A stretch of DNA of 64,000 nucleotides from an uncultured Clostridium sp. (GTDB lineage: Bacteria; Bacillota; Clostridia; TANB77; CAG-508), in NCBI GenBank assembly GCA_946497695.1, contig CAMMLJ010000007.1, forward strand, positions 3,043 through 67,042, in the 5' to 3' direction. Both the position numbers and the translations under genes were made by a program. Below, in pieces: positions 1-9,127 of this stretch. Under the pieces are notes generated by a model that had not been told where the DNA came from, did not search any database, and saw only the letters and a program-made list of their open reading frames with translations. The number at the start of each line of letters is the position of its first letter. Position 1 is the stretch's first letter.

Positions 1-421
1 TATTATCACTAGCAATTTTATTTAACATTCTCATATATGTTTTTTGTGATGAAGAAGAATTCATTGTATTATGCTTATTTTTCATTTCAATATATATTTT
101 AGTTCCATCATTTTTTGTATAAATGACATCGAATCCTTCTTTTGGGACTTCACAATTTTTTATATATTTAAACATGTTTTGATGAAAATATCCAATAGCA
201 TTTGAATTTGTTTTATCTCTTTGTCTTACTAATTCATCTTTTATTACTTCCTCGAAATTTTTCCTATATACTTTACTATCGAATACCATTTTAATAGGAT
301 CTACTATATTATAATTAAATTTACTTAAGTCAATTCCATCTAATGTTTTTTCATATGTAGAAATTGTATTTTTTATATGTTGTTTCAAATTTTCTCTTGT
401 TATAAAATTAAGATTCCACAT
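1..421 (-). CDS. Type II restriction endonuclease, Eco47II/Sau96I-like (5' part only; ORF leaves the window at nt 1)
   Basis: Not in the supplied track because no stop lies in the window. Own translation from ATG at 421..419 (minus): MWNLNFITRENLKQHIKNTISTYEKTLDGIDLSKFNYNIVDPIKMVFDSKVYRKNFEEVIKDELVRQRDKTNSNAIGYFHQNMFKYIKNCEVPKEGFDVIYTKNDGTKIYIEMKNKHNTMNSSSSQKTYMRMLNKIASDN, open to nt 1. GFDV-x13-EMK followed by NKHNTMNS looks like a D..ExK nuclease core and recalls Eco47II-family enzymes (family call from memory). The start overlaps the methyltransferase stop by 14 nt. Confidence 0.5.
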   Translation of the reverse strand, partial: MWNLNFITRENLKQHIKNTISTYEKTLDGIDLSKFNYNIVDPIKMVFDSKVYRKNFEEVIKDELVRQRDKTNSNAIGYFHQNMFKYIKNCEVPKEGFDVIYTKNDGTKIYIEMKNKHNTMNSSSSQKTYMRMLNKIASDN

Positions 422-1436
422 TTGTATCAACTCCTTTATTTAGTGCATCCATAATTGATATTCCGACTTCTTTTGCTAGCTCTACAGGTACAGCATTTCC
501 TATTTGTTTATATATATCATTCATTTTACCTGCAAATTGCCATTCATCAGGAAATGATTGAATTCTTGCATATTCTCTAGTAGTAAAAGGTCTACTTTCA
601 TCAGGATGGCATCTATCAGTTTGTTTCATCATAGGTGAACATGTTAATGTTAGCGATGGCTCATCCCATGAAATTCTTCTTGCAATTCCAGTTCTTCCTC
701 CTCCCATAAAATAGCATGATTTCATATAGTCTCTAGCTACATCATCCGGTAAATCTTTCCAATATCCTCCAGGTGGTACTAAATCAAATACTTTTTTCTT
801 TTTTTCTGGGTATTTTGCTCCAACTGATTCTGGTACATTTTGTAATACATCTCTTAAAACAGGCTTATAATCATGAGGTTTTGGATATTGAAATTTAACA
901 CTTTCTTTTAAATCATTTCTAGTTCCTATTATAACAACCCTTTGCCTCTTTTCAGCTACTCCATAATCCCATGCATTTAAAACCTTCCATTCAACTGTAT
1001 ATCCTAAATCTTCAAAAACATCTACCATTGTTTGAATTGTTCTACCACCATCATGAGTTGTCAAGCCTTTTACATTTTCAGCTAAAAACATTTTAGGTTG
1101 CAACTGTCTTAAAAATTCAGCATAATAGAAAAACATTGTTCCTCTAACATCTTCTAAACCCAATTTTTTTCCTGCATAACTAAATGATTGACAAGGATAT
1201 CCTCCTGATAATAAATCTAATTCTCCTTTTTTTAAATTAAATTCTCTTAATAAATCTTTTTGAGAAAATTTAACAATATCTTCTTCAATTACATTCCAAT
1301 TTGGTCTATTTAATCTTAATGTATCACATGCTGTTTTATCTATTTCTACTAACCCTATTTCTTCAAATCCTGCTTTTTCTAATCCTAATGCTAAGCCTCC
1401 TGCTCCTGCAAATAATTCTATACATTTTCTTTTCAT
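408..1436 (-). CDS. DNA (cytosine-5)-methyltransferase
   Basis: Canonical C5-MTase motifs in order: ELFAGAGGLALGLEKAGF (motif I), GGYPCQSFSYAGK (motif IV, catalytic PCQ), ENVKGL (VI), QRVVIIGTR (VIII), TREYARIQSFPD and GNAVPVELA (IX/X). Confidence 0.95.
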   Translation of the reverse strand: MKRKCIELFAGAGGLALGLEKAGFEEIGLVEIDKTACDTLRLNRPNWNVIEEDIVKFSQKDLLREFNLKKGELDLLSGGYPCQSFSYAGKKLGLEDVRGTMFFYYAEFLRQLQPKMFLAENVKGLTTHDGGRTIQTMVDVFEDLGYTVEWKVLNAWDYGVAEKRQRVVIIGTRNDLKESVKFQYPKPHDYKPVLRDVLQNVPESVGAKYPEKKKKVFDLVPPGGYWKDLPDDVARDYMKSCYFMGGGRTGIARRISWDEPSLTLTCSPMMKQTDRCHPDESRPFTTREYARIQSFPDEWQFAGKMNDIYKQIGNAVPVELAKEVGISIMDALNKGVDTNVES

Positions 1437-1450
1437 TAAAGTCCTCTCCT

Positions 1451-1861
1451 TTAGTACAATTTTGTAATTCCAATTTCATCTATATATTCTAATAATTCTT
1501 GATATTTTTCTCCATAAGCAAATGACTGTGGTGCAGTAAAATTGAATTTTTGCTTTAAAATATCTAATGTTATTGGTTTATTTATCTTATAAACACTTTC
1601 TATTGGATAAGCATATTTTTCCTTTTTTGTATTATTAAATTCTTTGTTTCCATATCCTTCTATAATAATCTTATTTGGACTAGCTATTGGTTGTTTTACT
1701 TTTAAAATATACTTAAGCTCTTTTACAGGTATTGGAACATATACTATTATATAATCAAAATCTTTTTTTGGTTTCTTAGTTCTAAATTCATGATTTTTTA
1801 TCTTACCTAAAATTCTATTTATATGTATTTCTTTTATACTCATAAATACTGCACTTCTCAT
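1451..1861 (-). CDS. ASCH/PUA-like small protein (hypothetical)
   Basis: 136 aa. N-terminus SIKEIHINRILGKIKNHEFR resembles the ASCH-domain opening (IK..x..I..G.K..E.R). GAGGA lies 8 nt upstream of the ATG at 1861. Weak, pattern-based call. Confidence 0.4.
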   Translation of the reverse strand: MRSAVFMSIKEIHINRILGKIKNHEFRTKKPKKDFDYIIVYVPIPVKELKYILKVKQPIASPNKIIIEGYGNKEFNNTKKEKYAYPIESVYKINKPITLDILKQKFNFTAPQSFAYGEKYQELLEYIDEIGITKLY

Positions 1862-1969
1862 ATTAGCAATCCTCGTTTTTTCTCAAATTATATACACTAT
1901 ATCATAAATTTCATTTTTTTTCTACAAACTAACAGTATTTCTCTCCAATTTTTCTATAATGTTATTTTT

Positions 1970-2632
1970 CTAACTACCACTAGTTATTCCATAGTATAAT
2001 GCAATTTCTTTTATTTCGACTAATAATTCTTTTTTTATTTTTTCATCATCATTGAATTTTTCTTTTAAATTATTTAATTTTATGATGTCTGCTTTATCTA
2101 CTATAAGTTGTTTTAAATCAGATGTATAATTTTTATCAAGCATTTCAATCCTATCAGCTATTTCTTTTAAATACTCGTAATCTAATATATTAATCTTTTG
2201 TATCTCTTCTAAGAGTTTATTAGTATTCCAAATAGTTATCATTTCATTATTGTTTGATAGACTATTTTTTCTCCATTCTTTATTTAATTCTTTTACTTCA
2301 CGTTCATCAAGTTGTTCCTGCTCCACATTAATTAAATAAACTTTGTCTTTAAATGAACCTTTTTTCTTATTTTTAAGTTCTCTAGCAATTTCTACATCAT
2401 TATGCGATATATTCTTTGTTTCCATAATTGTTTCAATTACTTCCATTAAATCTGCTAATTCTTCTACACTATGTTCTTCAATAAATTCATGAGCTTCTTC
2501 AAACAATTTTTTATCCAGTTCTTGTATATATTCATTATCTTCTAAGATTCTATAATTTGCTTTTCTTCCTTTTACATTATTTATTTCTTCAGGTATTTTA
2601 TCTCTTACTAATTTATTATAAGTATATATCAT
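1970..2632 (-). CDS. MazG/PRA-PH-like nucleoside triphosphate pyrophosphohydrolase with a C-terminal coiled extension
   Basis: MIYTYNKLVRDKIPEEI...EEAHEFIEE...EELADLMEVIETI is the typical YNKLVRDKIP-type MazG-like opening with EExxE acidic helices. I moved the start from the track's TTG (2680) to ATG 2632, which has GGAG 9 nt upstream. The TTG lies inside a promoter -35 box. Confidence 0.6.
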   Translation of the reverse strand: MIYTYNKLVRDKIPEEINNVKGRKANYRILEDNEYIQELDKKLFEEAHEFIEEHSVEELADLMEVIETIMETKNISHNDVEIARELKNKKKGSFKDKVYLINVEQEQLDEREVKELNKEWRKNSLSNNNEMITIWNTNKLLEEIQKINILDYEYLKEIADRIEMLDKNYTSDLKQLIVDKADIIKLNNLKEKFNDDEKIKKELLVEIKEIALYYGITSGS

Positions 2633-2651
2633 ATTTATCAACTCCAAAAGC

Positions 2652-2680
2652 ACTATAAAACAATTGTTTGTATTTGTCAA
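2652..2680 (-). promoter_or_regulatory. sigma-A-type promoter for the MazG-like/ASCH/R-M genes
   Basis: Minus strand reads TTGACA (2680..2675), a 17-nt spacer, then TATAGT (2657..2652), about 20 nt before the ATG at 2632. Confidence 0.45.
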
Positions 2681-2728
2681 TATAAATTTACTATTTTTTC
2701 ATTTTATTTTTAGTATATATTTTTTATC

Positions 2729-3211
2729 TTAATTCGCATACAAACTTTCTAAAAATTCTTTAGAATATTCTCTTTGGTTCTCATAATTTGACAAAAACTT
2801 TCTTTGCTCTTTATTATTAATTTTATTATTATTTCTTATATTATTATGTTCCACTTTTTGATGGATAGCCTGTCCATTTTTTGATTGATACTGGTATCCA
2901 TTATTTAATGGATACGGTACATCATTTATATAAATTCTTCTTTGAATTATTTGTTTATTTTCATTTCTAATCAACTCAACAATTACAAAATTTTTATCTC
3001 TTAAGTCTGAAATCCAACTTGAAATTGTTTTAGGATTTACATCTAATTTTTCTGCTAAGTATTTATTAGATGCAAAACAATATCCTTCTTTACAAGCTAA
3101 TGATGTTATTATTGCATATAGTAATTTTTCATTTGCTTTTAATTCTTTATTATATAAGACTGTTGCAGGAATTACAGAATAATATCCTATGGTTTCTTTA
3201 TTTTCTTTCAT
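2729..3211 (-). CDS. Helix-turn-helix protein (HTH_36 / replisome-organizer N-terminal-like), mobile-element type
   Basis: YYSVIPATVLYNKELKANEKLLYAIITSLACKEGYCFASNKYLAEKLDVNPKTISSWISDLRDKNFV matches the 'IPn.ll.d..Ls..aklLY..i......G.c.aSn..LA..l.vs.rTI...i..L' pattern of phage/plasmid HTH proteins. GGAG lies 6 nt upstream of the ATG. Confidence 0.65.
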   Translation of the reverse strand: MKENKETIGYYSVIPATVLYNKELKANEKLLYAIITSLACKEGYCFASNKYLAEKLDVNPKTISSWISDLRDKNFVIVELIRNENKQIIQRRIYINDVPYPLNNGYQYQSKNGQAIHQKVEHNNIRNNNKINNKEQRKFLSNYENQREYSKEFLESLYAN

Positions 3212-3350
3212 TTACCACTCCAATTCTAGCAGTAATATCATTTATTATTGTTGGCTGACTAGTAGATTACCTTATATTTTTACAATAAAAAATACAGAAT
3301 ACTTCAGTTAATCCGAAATACTCTGTAATATAGATGATTACTGCATTTTA

Positions 3351-3861
3351 TTGATTTTTATATTTGGTTGGTATATTTTAAAATTCACAGGTGTGGATTT
3401 AAACTCTCAATTTCCTGCTAATTGGGAACTAGGGAAAAAAATCAAATCTAACCTTGGATTTAATAAGCCTGCTCCAAGAGATTTTGCAGGAGAAACTCCT
3501 CTTTCAGAGCCAGAGTCACAAGCCATGTATAATTTTGCTTTATTAAAAAACTTTTCTTTATGTTTGTGTTTTCATTCTCAAGGAGAAGTAATCTATTGGA
3601 AATACACCGATTTTTTACCAGCAAACTCTTTAGAACTTGCAAAAGAATTTGCCCATGTAAGTGGATATGAATTAGAAGACACTCCTTATACCTCCTCTTT
3701 TGGTGGTTTTAGAGATTGGTTCATTAAAAATTTTAACAAGCCTGGCTTTACAATAGAGGTTCGGAAAAGGTGAAAATCCATTACCTTTAGAACAATTTAA
3801 TAAAATTTATCATGATAACTTAGGCATTTTAATAACGGGATTTGGGGACGTTCCTTCGTGA
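3351..3861 (+). pseudogene. Relic of an M14 zinc carboxypeptidase / gamma-D-glutamyl-L-diamino acid endopeptidase gene (5' truncated, frameshifted)
   Basis: GVDLNSQFPANWE, GETPLSEPESQAM, HSQGEVIYW and GGFRDWFIKNFNKPGFTIEV are central and C-terminal M14 motifs. The N-terminal Zn-binding HxxE region is missing. After ..FTIEV the frame hits TGA at 3771..3773, while the expected continuation G(K)GENPLPLEQFNKIYHDNLGILITG lies in the +1-shifted frame (3769..3861). Confidence 0.7.
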
Positions 3862-3906
3862 TTTGGAGACATTCCTTCGGGATTCGGGGACGTTCCTTAA
3901 ATCCCG
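3837..3906. repeat. Three tandem units of the dispersed GGGATTT-GGGACGTTCC palindromic repeat
   Basis: gggatttggggacgttcctt / cgtgatttggagacattcctt / cgggattcggggacgttccttaaatcccg. Confidence 0.85.
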
Positions 3907-4031
3907 ATTTATTGTGTCAAAAAAATAACCATTGAGTTTATTTTTGAATTGATAAAATAAAAGTAGACTTTCGTGCTGACTTTTTATTAACAAGTTCAAT
4001 TTATATCTCTATGGTTATTTTTGATTAAATT

Positions 4032-4715
4032 TTAATTTCCCTTATTTCTAAAAATTTTATACGAAATACGATATGAAATATAATACATTAGTATAAGTAA
4101 ACAAACTACTATTAATATTCCAAATCGTTGAAAAAATGAATTAATAGCTTCTTCATTTATATTTATTCCTAAATTAGTTACTATATATGCAATACCTAAT
4201 GCTAATAGTATAATTATGAAAAATAGTATAAACATCTGTATTCTTCCTTTTTCTGCACCCCATTTATAGATACTTGGAATTTGTATTGCAAGTATTAAAG
4301 AAATTCCAAATATTCCTCCCATTGTTGTGAATATTAAGGAATTATAGTCTATATGAATATTATTCTCTGGTCTTACATTATTTAAAATGTTAGTAAATAT
4401 TGGAGTTATTATAAAACCTATTATTCCACCAATTAGTGCCATAGAAATTACTAAAATATATTTTTCTAAGACAATTTCTTTTTTATTAACGGGTAAAGAT
4501 AAAACATACTCGTCTGATTTTGCAAGTTCGTCATAACTAAATGTTGATAAAGCTATCATTCCAAGCATAGTTGTCATAACTATTGGGATATATCTCCACA
4601 TTTCTTCCCCTGCACTTCCTATTGCAAATACACATACAAGCATTACTAATAGCGAAATCTTATAGCTACTTAAATTTAATAAATCCTTTTTTATTAAGCC
4701 ACAAATTTCTTTCAC
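4032..4715 (-). CDS. ABC-2 type exporter permease
   Basis: 227 aa with about six hydrophobic spans. Its start abuts the stop of the upstream ABC ATPase gene. Confidence 0.6.
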   Translation of the reverse strand: MKEICGLIKKDLLNLSSYKISLLVMLVCVFAIGSAGEEMWRYIPIVMTTMLGMIALSTFSYDELAKSDEYVLSLPVNKKEIVLEKYILVISMALIGGIIGFIITPIFTNILNNVRPENNIHIDYNSLIFTTMGGIFGISLILAIQIPSIYKWGAEKGRIQMFILFFIIILLALGIAYIVTNLGININEEAINSFFQRFGILIVVCLLILMYYISYRISYKIFRNKGN

Positions 4716-5573
4716 TTATTTTTCCCCCTTTATATAAAATAACATTATATCCTCGATTGATGCTTTATCTATCGTAGAAATTCCATATTTATTTTTTATT
4801 GAGTTTTTATTATTCACCAAGACTTCATATTGATATTTTTCCTTTCTATAATACTCATAATCTTCTTTAGAGATTTTGCTAAAATCTTTTTCGTCACATT
4901 TAACAATACCATAATTTTCTAATATTTCTGATGTAGGTAGATTAAGTGTTATTTCTCCATTTTTTATAAACATAATATAATCAGAAATATGTTCCAAATC
5001 TGTTGTTATATGTGTAGAAATAAGAATTGATCTTTTTTCATCTTCTGCTATAAACTGCCTAAAAATATCTAAAATCTCATTTCTTACAATTGGATCTAAG
5101 CCACTGGTTGGCTCATCTAATATTAATATTTGAGGTTTGTGTGAGATTGCAGTAGCGATTTTTAATTTCATTTTCATTCCACTAGAAAAATCCTTAATCA
5201 TTTTATTCTCTGGAAGCTTAAATAGTTTTATATAGTTTTCGAAAAGCTCTTTATCCCAAATATTATAAAAATTCTTCATTATTGAATTTATTTTTTTAGG
5301 AGTTAAATATTCTGATAAAAAACTGTCATCAAGAACTACACCAAGTTTACTTTTTATCTCCTTTTCATTTTGCCTTATATCTTTTCCAAAAACTTGTATT
5401 TCACCATCTGACTTTATAATATTTAGGATTGACTTTATTGTTGTTGTTTTTCCTGCTCCATTTTCCCCTATTAATCCAACAATACTACCTTCTGGAATTT
5501 CAAAACTAATATTTTTTAATTCAAAGCCTTCATATTTCTTATTTAAATTTTTAACTTTTATAGTTGCTTCCAT
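4716..5573 (-). CDS. ABC transporter ATP-binding protein
   Basis: Walker A GENGAGKTTT, signature FSSGMKMKL, Walker B ILILDEPTSGLD. Confidence 0.9.
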   Translation of the reverse strand: MEATIKVKNLNKKYEGFELKNISFEIPEGSIVGLIGENGAGKTTTIKSILNIIKSDGEIQVFGKDIRQNEKEIKSKLGVVLDDSFLSEYLTPKKINSIMKNFYNIWDKELFENYIKLFKLPENKMIKDFSSGMKMKLKIATAISHKPQILILDEPTSGLDPIVRNEILDIFRQFIAEDEKRSILISTHITTDLEHISDYIMFIKNGEITLNLPTSEILENYGIVKCDEKDFSKISKEDYEYYRKEKYQYEVLVNNKNSIKNKYGISTIDKASIEDIMLFYIKGEK

Positions 5574-5951
5574 TTATAAATCCTCCTCAAACATAATCTT
5601 TATTAAATTAACTACCTCTTCTTCGGTAATTCCATAAATTTTTGACAACTTAACAACTGTACTTATATTTTTTTCTATCTCTTTTAACTTTTCTTCTCTT
5701 AATAGTTCCAAATTTTTAGGCAATACGTAACTGCCTTTACCTTGAACAGTTTTTATAAATCCCTCTGCTTCCAATTCGTCATAAGCTTTTTTTACAGTTA
5801 AAAAACTTATTTTTAAATCATTTGCCAATGCTCTTACAGAAGGTAAATTCTCCTCTTCTTTTAATTCATTTGAATATATTGCTTGTTTAATTGCTTTTTT
5901 TATTTGTTCATAAATAGGTTCACTACTACTATTACTAATAATAATATTCAT
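5574..5951 (-). CDS. GntR-family (YtrA-like) transcriptional regulator
   Basis: 125 aa. LPSVRALANDLKISFLTVKKAYDELEAEGFI is the GntR winged-HTH signature. The short C-terminus and the downstream ABC pair are typical of the YtrA subfamily. Confidence 0.9.
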   Translation of the reverse strand: MNIIISNSSSEPIYEQIKKAIKQAIYSNELKEEENLPSVRALANDLKISFLTVKKAYDELEAEGFIKTVQGKGSYVLPKNLELLREEKLKEIEKNISTVVKLSKIYGITEEEVVNLIKIMFEEDL

Positions 5952-5969
5952 TTTCTCCTCCTTTCCGAG

Positions 5970-6002
5970 CTGTTATATGTAATATATAACAGTATATAAC
6001 AG
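5970..6002. promoter_or_regulatory. Candidate GntR/YtrA operator (9-bp inverted repeat plus an extra half-site)
   Basis: CTGTTATAT-gtaat-ATATAACAG (5970..5992), followed directly by a second TATATAACAG (5993..6002). It lies 19 nt upstream of the gntR start. Confidence 0.45.
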
Positions 6003-6102
6003 TTGTCAATATATTTTTTAATTTTTGAAATGCCATTGATATTAATAGCAATAAAAAAAGCCTACCTTATCCAAAAATAAAGTAAGCTTTTTAGTTTATA
6101 AT

Positions 6103-6172
6103 CGGGATTTAAAGAACGTCCCAAAATCCCTACTGGGAAAAAAAGAACGTCCCAAAATCCCTAAAATCCCTA
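6103..6172. repeat. Two units of the dispersed palindromic repeat (GAACGTCCC orientation)
   Basis: cgggatttaaagaacgtcccaaaatcccta / ctgggaaaaaaagaacgtcccaaaatccctaaaatcccta. It abuts the stop codon (6173..6175) of the permease gene. Confidence 0.85.
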
Positions 6173-7324
6173 TTATTCTTTTGAGAATAATATTTTCTCT
6201 GATTTATATTGTTTTATGATATATGTTAATACAATAGATATATATATAATTGTTGAGACTACCATTAAAGCTATATTTAACCAATCTACATTCCCTGCAC
6301 TTGTATCTGTAAATACTACTGTATAATTTATAAATGGTATTATAGAAAGTAGTGGTGTTCCTGTTACACCTATCATAAATGCAATCATTCCTGGAAATAG
6401 TGATATAAATGTTAATGGTGTTAATGCACTTTGTGCTTCTTTAAATGTTTTTGAACTACTTGCAATAGCAATACATAATCCACTTATAAAGAATGAATAT
6501 GCAATTATAATTATTACTGATAACACTATACTTATTGGACTAAACATTATATTTAACCCTTCATATATCGAAAATGCATTTTGTGCAATCGCAACAGATA
6601 TGATTGCTAAAATTAAACTTATAATTCCTGTAAGAATTGATGCAATTGTTACTGCTAAAAATTTTCCAACTATTATATCTCTACTTTTTATTGGAAATGT
6701 AAGTAATGTTTCTAATGTACCTCTTTCCCTTTCCCCTGCTGTTGTATCTGTTGCAGGATATGTTGCAGATACTGTTATTGCCATTATTATAAATACAAAT
6801 GCATAATTTCTTATATAACTTACAAACATATTCTCTTCTTCTGTTATATTTTCTTCTACAGTTATAATATTTAGTACATCATTTGGATTTACGTTATTTT
6901 CTTGTAAATATCCACTTTGTAAGTATTCTTTATATACATTAAAATAAGATTCCATTAAAGTTTTTGCATATGTGGTTACCTCTGAATCATTACCATTTAT
7001 TATATATTTATTACCATCTTTAGTTATGTACAAATCTATCTCATCATTTTCATATCTTGTTTTTAATTCATCAGTATTACCTTCGATAACTTCAATATCT
7101 AATTCTTTAGCAATATTTTTTTCCTCTTCGCTAAGTTCATATTCAAAACCTATCTTATTATATTCTTCTATATCTTTGTTGGCCTGTACATCGAATAATG
7201 CAGACATTCCTAAAACTATTAAAGGTACAAATATAGGTATTACTAACATCATAGATAATGACTTTTTATCTCTAAACATTTCTCTTAATTCTTTTTTTAG
7301 GATATTCCATAAATTATTCTTCAT
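6173..7324 (-). CDS. ABC-2 exporter permease (NatB-like)
   Basis: N-terminal TM helix, a large extracytoplasmic loop, then a C-terminal multi-TM block, paired with a NatA-like ATPase. Start moved to ATG 7324 (GGAGG 8 nt upstream), which overlaps the ATPase stop. Confidence 0.7.
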   Translation of the reverse strand: MKNNLWNILKKELREMFRDKKSLSMMLVIPIFVPLIVLGMSALFDVQANKDIEEYNKIGFEYELSEEEKNIAKELDIEVIEGNTDELKTRYENDEIDLYITKDGNKYIINGNDSEVTTYAKTLMESYFNVYKEYLQSGYLQENNVNPNDVLNIITVEENITEEENMFVSYIRNYAFVFIIMAITVSATYPATDTTAGERERGTLETLLTFPIKSRDIIVGKFLAVTIASILTGIISLILAIISVAIAQNAFSIYEGLNIMFSPISIVLSVIIIIAYSFFISGLCIAIASSSKTFKEAQSALTPLTFISLFPGMIAFMIGVTGTPLLSIIPFINYTVVFTDTSAGNVDWLNIALMVVSTIIYISIVLTYIIKQYKSEKILFSKE

Positions 7325-8072
7325 CAGAACCACCTCCAATCATTGTAAAAAACGCATCTCTTAAATTAGTGGTTCCTGTTTCTTCTTTAATTTGTTTTGG
7401 TGTTCCTTGTTTTATTACAATACCTTTATTTATCATTATTACTCTATCACAAATATTTTCTGCTTCTTCCATATAATGAGTTGAATACAATATGGTTTTT
7501 CCTTTAGCTTTTTCTTGTTTCATGAAGTCCAATATAATTTGACTAGATATTATATCAAGTCCTGTTGTAGCTTCATCCAATATATAATATTTTGGATTAT
7601 GTACTAAACATCTTGCAATATTTACTTTTTGTGTTTGCCCTGTTGATAAATTTCCTATCTTATTGTACAAAAAATTTTCCATCTTTAAAATTTTTGTAAT
7701 TTCTTGTATCCTTTTTTCTGCCTCTTCTTTTTGAACTCCATATATGTCACTACACATCTTTAACAACTCATATGCTGATAATGTATCATATAATTTTGTA
7801 TTTCCTGATAAATATGCGATATTTTGCTTTATTTCTATTTCATTATTCTTATAATTTAAATTATCAAATTTAATACTTCCTTCTGTTGGTTCTAAAATTC
7901 CTGCAATCATTCGAAGTAATGTTGTTTTTCCAGCACCATTTGGACCTAAAATTCCAATAATTTCACCATCATTTGCTTCAAAAGTTATTCCATTATCTGC
8001 ATAAAATTCTTTTTTGATTTTCTTATTTTCATATCTTATAAATTTCTTTTTTAAATTCTCAACCTTAATCAT
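7314..8072 (-). CDS. ABC transporter ATP-binding protein (NatA-like)
   Basis: GPNGAGKTTLL (Walker A), LSTGQTQKV (signature), YYILDEATTGLD (Walker B). Confidence 0.9.
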   Translation of the reverse strand: MIKVENLKKKFIRYENKKIKKEFYADNGITFEANDGEIIGILGPNGAGKTTLLRMIAGILEPTEGSIKFDNLNYKNNEIEIKQNIAYLSGNTKLYDTLSAYELLKMCSDIYGVQKEEAEKRIQEITKILKMENFLYNKIGNLSTGQTQKVNIARCLVHNPKYYILDEATTGLDIISSQIILDFMKQEKAKGKTILYSTHYMEEAENICDRVIMINKGIVIKQGTPKQIKEETGTTNLRDAFFTMIGGGSDEE

Positions 8073-8088
8073 ACACTTCCCCTTTTAT

Positions 8089-8604
8089 CTAAATATTTCT
8101 AAATTTTATATATCTTTGTATTAAATCTTTATCCATTAAGTTTTGTGGTAAATTGTTTATATCAAAAAATTTTAATTTTTTTGATTCTTTTTGCATTACA
8201 AAATTTGAATTATTGTTATCAGTAATTTCTGCATAATCACAATTCAATGTGCCTGCATAATTAGATACACAATATAATACTGTATTATTATATACTTCAT
8301 CACCATTAGGATAACTATTTTTTCTACTTTCGCCAGATATTACATCTATCAATACTAAATCTTCTTTATTAGCTTTTAAGCCTGTTTCTTCAAATAGTTC
8401 CCTTATTGCTACTTCTTCAAAAGTTTCGCCTAATTCCTGAAGACCTCCTGGCAAACACCAAATTTCTCTATCCACTTTTTCTTCTAGTAAAATTTCTTTT
8501 TCCTTATTTTCAACAATTATTGCGCTTCCATTTTGAAACAAAGGCATATGTCTTAACTCTGGCTTTAATGCATTTCTTAATTTTAGAATATAACTTAATT
8601 CCAT
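8089..8604 (-). CDS. NUDIX hydrolase
   Basis: Nudix box GGLQELGETFEEVAIRELFEETGL (GX5EX7REUXEEXGU). Confidence 0.85.
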   Translation of the reverse strand: MELSYILKLRNALKPELRHMPLFQNGSAIIVENKEKEILLEEKVDREIWCLPGGLQELGETFEEVAIRELFEETGLKANKEDLVLIDVISGESRKNSYPNGDEVYNNTVLYCVSNYAGTLNCDYAEITDNNNSNFVMQKESKKLKFFDINNLPQNLMDKDLIQRYIKFRNI

Positions 8605-8605
8605 T

Positions 8606-9127
8606 TTATTCTCCTTCTAGCACTGCTTTAATTTCTTCTCTTTCTCTACATTCTATTGGTATAAATATTGATGCTTTTTTATTTTGTGTTAATGCTGCAA
8701 TTATAATATCATTATCTCGTAACAATCTTTCACTTGCATATTTTACTATTATTCCCTTATTCTTTACTGCTTCTAGTACTACCTCTTTATCATCTCTAAG
8801 TTCTTTACTTGCATAATACAATACTTGACCATCTATTTTACAGCCTTCTAAAATTACTTCTTTGTCTGCTTTTAATTCTTCTGACGCGTAACATACAACC
8901 CAACCAACTTCCTTTACTGCTGTAAGTACAACGTCTTTATCATCTTTTAATCTATCACTTGCAAATTCTAGAACTTCACCATTTCTTTTAATAGCCTCAA
9001 GCATTACTTCTTTATTATCTCTTAGTTCGTCACTTGCAAATTCAATTAAGGTTGGTGTTTCCTCTATCGCTTTTAACACAAACTCTCTATCATTAGAATT
9101 TTCTATCACATCATCTTTGCTAATCAT
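8606..9127 (-). CDS. DUF4116 repeat protein
   Basis: Four or five repeats of about 30 aa of the type EFASDELRDNKEVMLEAIKRNGEVL / YASKELRDDKEVVLEAVKNKG. Confidence 0.7.
   Translation of the reverse strand: MISKDDVIENSNDREFVLKAIEETPTLIEFASDELRDNKEVMLEAIKRNGEVLEFASDRLKDDKDVVLTAVKEVGWVVCYASEELKADKEVILEGCKIDGQVLYYASKELRDDKEVVLEAVKNKGIIVKYASERLLRDNDIIIAALTQNKKASIFIPIECREREEIKAVLEGE

Noticed and set aside
3837-3906. I considered whether the tandem repeat units (here and at 6103..6172 and 36839..36904) form a mini-CRISPR array.
   Set aside because: The units are directly adjacent with no unique spacers, and each locus has only 2-3 copies. Opposite orientations occur at different loci, and no cas genes are in the window.
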